Source: Bispira polyomma
Lineage: Eukaryota
Length of the DNA: 64,000 nt
Assembly (NCBI GenBank): GCA_965649765.1
Contig: OZ287753.1
Span: 73,532,001-73,596,000 of the forward strand
Direction: 5' to 3'
Shown: piece after piece, positions 61,426 through 64,000 of the stretch
Layout: each line of letters opens with the position of its first letter
Numbering within the stretch: position 1 is the stretch's first letter
Position numbers and translations under genes: made by a program
The notes under the pieces: generated by a model
Told to the model about the DNA's origin: nothing
The model's database searches: none
The model's input: the letters and a program-made list of their open reading frames with translations, nothing else

Positions 61426-63244
61426 AAAGCAAAATAGATCTTTTCAAAGAAAACAGGTGGACAATGTCATGGGATTTCTTATCTTAAACAGTTGCAGTAC
61501 AAACTTTACTAGTATCTGCCTATCTGGAGTAGAGTAGAATCTCTTTTCTGAACTACTGTTGTACAAATATTTAATTGTATGGACCTGCATTTATACTTTG
61601 CTATTGTTTTACTAAAATAATAGTCTATTAGTTGACTCGATTATCATTTGGATAATAGAGGTTATACTGTCTTGTGGGATGGGATTTCGTTCCAATAATA
61701 AAGGATTGTTATTGGGATTTCAACATGTACGTTATGAACATCAATGGTGACGAAATAAGTTTGGATAACAGGAAGAGCATAGAAGTGCAAAATGTACTAA
61801 ACCACAACATCCATTTGGGTGATTTTCAAAACTTTGTTTATAAACCTTATGAAAGAATTTGACTGCAAATAACTGTTCTTGTGAATAAAGCCATTTTGGT
61901 TAATATTATTTTACTCCTGTAAAACCCAAAGGCTGTGTCTGGATATATAAAAGCAGCTTTCATTTGTTGTGAAACCCAAGTGAGACGAAGGGTTTAGTGG
62001 TAAAAAATGTGGATATTGTTTACAGAAACATGGCTTAAGCAATCGTACACTGAAATTCTGACTGATATGAAGTAAATAGCACTGACATAAGCATTTGGAT
62101 GACTTTTGTAAACCTAATTTTGCAGAAAAACAAAATCTCCAAAGTATAGTGTAGGATATATTGGAAAATGTTTTTGCCTGAAATATAGATTGATAGTATA
62201 TTGCTGGCATAGAAAATATTTGATGCATATAGAAAGTTAGAAACATTACCTGATTGGTAATATGATGATTTTGACAAAAAGATTTGTAAAGACGCACTCA
62301 AGTACAACTTTCTATTATTTCGCCTTTTAATTTACATAATTTTTGTGAAGTATTCTTTTACGTCACCTGTCATGTTTACTTAACTGGTTACCTGAATTAT
62401 TTCATACTAATGCAGGAGTCTAATGCGGAAGTGCATCAACAGTTTTGTGGCCACTTTGGCCAGACTTTGTGTGAACAACTTAACCATGTATGTAAGTTTC
62501 TGTACTGTAATTCTGTAATTATTGGGAAGAGTGCAAAATAGATTGCCAAAACACTCGCATAGAAAATAGTCAGCCCGAGTGGGAAGTGATTACTGGGTCT
62601 GGGTTTAGTCACTGATCACTGACAACCATTTTATGCAACTATGCAGATTCAAACATCTCTTAGTTTATGACAAAAACACATTTTGGAGTATACAAATTGT
62701 TGCTTCGGTTTTCTCCACAAGTCAGACAGTTTTATCTGGCCACCCTGTCAGCAGGATCATTAATGGTTGTACCAAAAGCGGCAGACACGTTATATGTGCA
62801 TGTTATTGTGTTATGGTGGTGTGGTTTTGTTACTTGAAATCTATGAATGAGAATTGATATCTGTTTGTGTAATTGTCCTTTGTGGCAAAAATATCAGTTA
62901 AGTAATTGTAGTTTGTTTTACTCAACCTCTGGTTATTTCCATTAAGAGACTTGACACTTTTCTTCAGCAAGGTCAATTAATTGGAAATCCATGACTTAAT
63001 GGATTTTGGTTTTGGTATCGATTTTTGCTACTAAATTTGTGCCAATCAAATTTGCCAAATATGGTGATAAACAGAAAATGTAAATAGTAGCACTTTGAAA
63101 CTGCCTCATTGATGTACAAAATTGGGATGTTTGAAACTGCCTCACTTAATATGTAGAAAATTGTGATGTTTTGAAACTGCCTGACTGGTGTACAAAATTG
63201 GGATCTTTCAGAACAAACTCAAAGTACATCTTCCAATCAACAAC

Positions 63245-63812
63245 TCGGTGGTCTGGGGTTTATATAAAGTCATTGGCCTCTCACCTCTGGGTATCGAATT
63301 CCACAGATTCCTTCTTGAAGTGAGAAAGTTTGTCAGGTACTTGCCATAGGTAGGTGGTTTACAAGTGAACCTGGCCATCGCAGTATGATGAAAGCGGTTG
63401 AAACTTCAACTTGAAAACAACATAAAACCAAAATAAATTCAAATTTACCAAAAAACAAAAGTCCCGAAGTTTGACAAAAGCAAGTAAACACAAATGCACA
63501 ATTCATTTACTTTAGAATTCAAAACCAGTTTATTTGTTTTAGTATTCTGGAAAACACTCCACTCATTTCTTTCTTGCTATAGTTGGTACTATGCAGCTTT
63601 TCTTGCGAGTTTGATGGGCCTCGATGGAGCAGTGCTAATCTCGGCTGGGGCTATAAGTGAGAAAGTTGGCAGTTACTTGGTGATGGTTGCTGGTTTACAG
63701 TGTAGAATCTTGACCAATTAGTATACACTGGTTTCCTCCAGCACTAAAACTGCCTGTCGTGATATTACCTATATAATGTGTTAAAAGTGACGTTAAACCC
63801 AAATAAAATAAA
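63245..63812 (+). mobile_element. Two more Meta-SINE-like copies (63245-63430, 63620-63812)
   Basis: GTGAGAAAGTTtGtCAG.TACTTG...GGTTT...GGTTTCCTCCAGC...AAAACTGCCTGTCGTGATAT...AAAGTGACGTTAAACCC. Confidence 0.7.
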
Positions 63813-64000
63813 ATCCTTAAACTCTGGCCTGATTCTTCATTACAGAAATGCTAGACCATATTTTCAGTTTGTTATATCTCCGTGATGGGTTGGTTAGACT
63901 GGTGGTGAGTTTGCTTTGGTCACCAATCACAAACAAGGTGAGCTACTCCCTTCAAGAAGTCTATAAGAACTGCCTGTGTTGCTCAAAAAGTTAAAATTGA

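Overview
AT-rich eukaryotic genomic DNA from an animal. A mollusc or other lophotrochozoan is my inference from the SINE, LINE and Crypton repertoire. Two host genes lie on the + strand: enoyl-CoA hydratase ECHS1 (7 coding exons, 35418-43062; exon 1 not found) and the large terminal exon of a C2H2 zinc-finger gene (59777-61425). The rest is a dense, nested set of mostly decayed transposons whose coding relics nearly all lie on the - strand: MULE, Sola, Harbinger-Myb, SAMD3-like/PHD and DUF4806 relics, three LINEs, a Crypton, a DIRS, plus many tRNA-SINEs and MITEs. Most unusual: (1) removing a young L2-type LINE (7292-11239) rejoins a ~1050-codon decayed ORF (11913->4802) encoding an RG-rich N-terminus with a PY-NLS-like motif, a zinc-finger-like motif and a complete TatD nuclease domain, antisense to a polypurine tract plus LTR-like end, which suggests a retroelement carrying an antisense nuclease gene; (2) that LINE has no ORF1 and starts with a hydrophobic leader plus a 2A-like (GDVSLNPGP) recoding motif; (3) a LINE-ORF1-like relic carries a NADAR domain and is split by a Crypton that is itself split by another LINE. 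All calls come from reading and translating by eye; no database searches were run.
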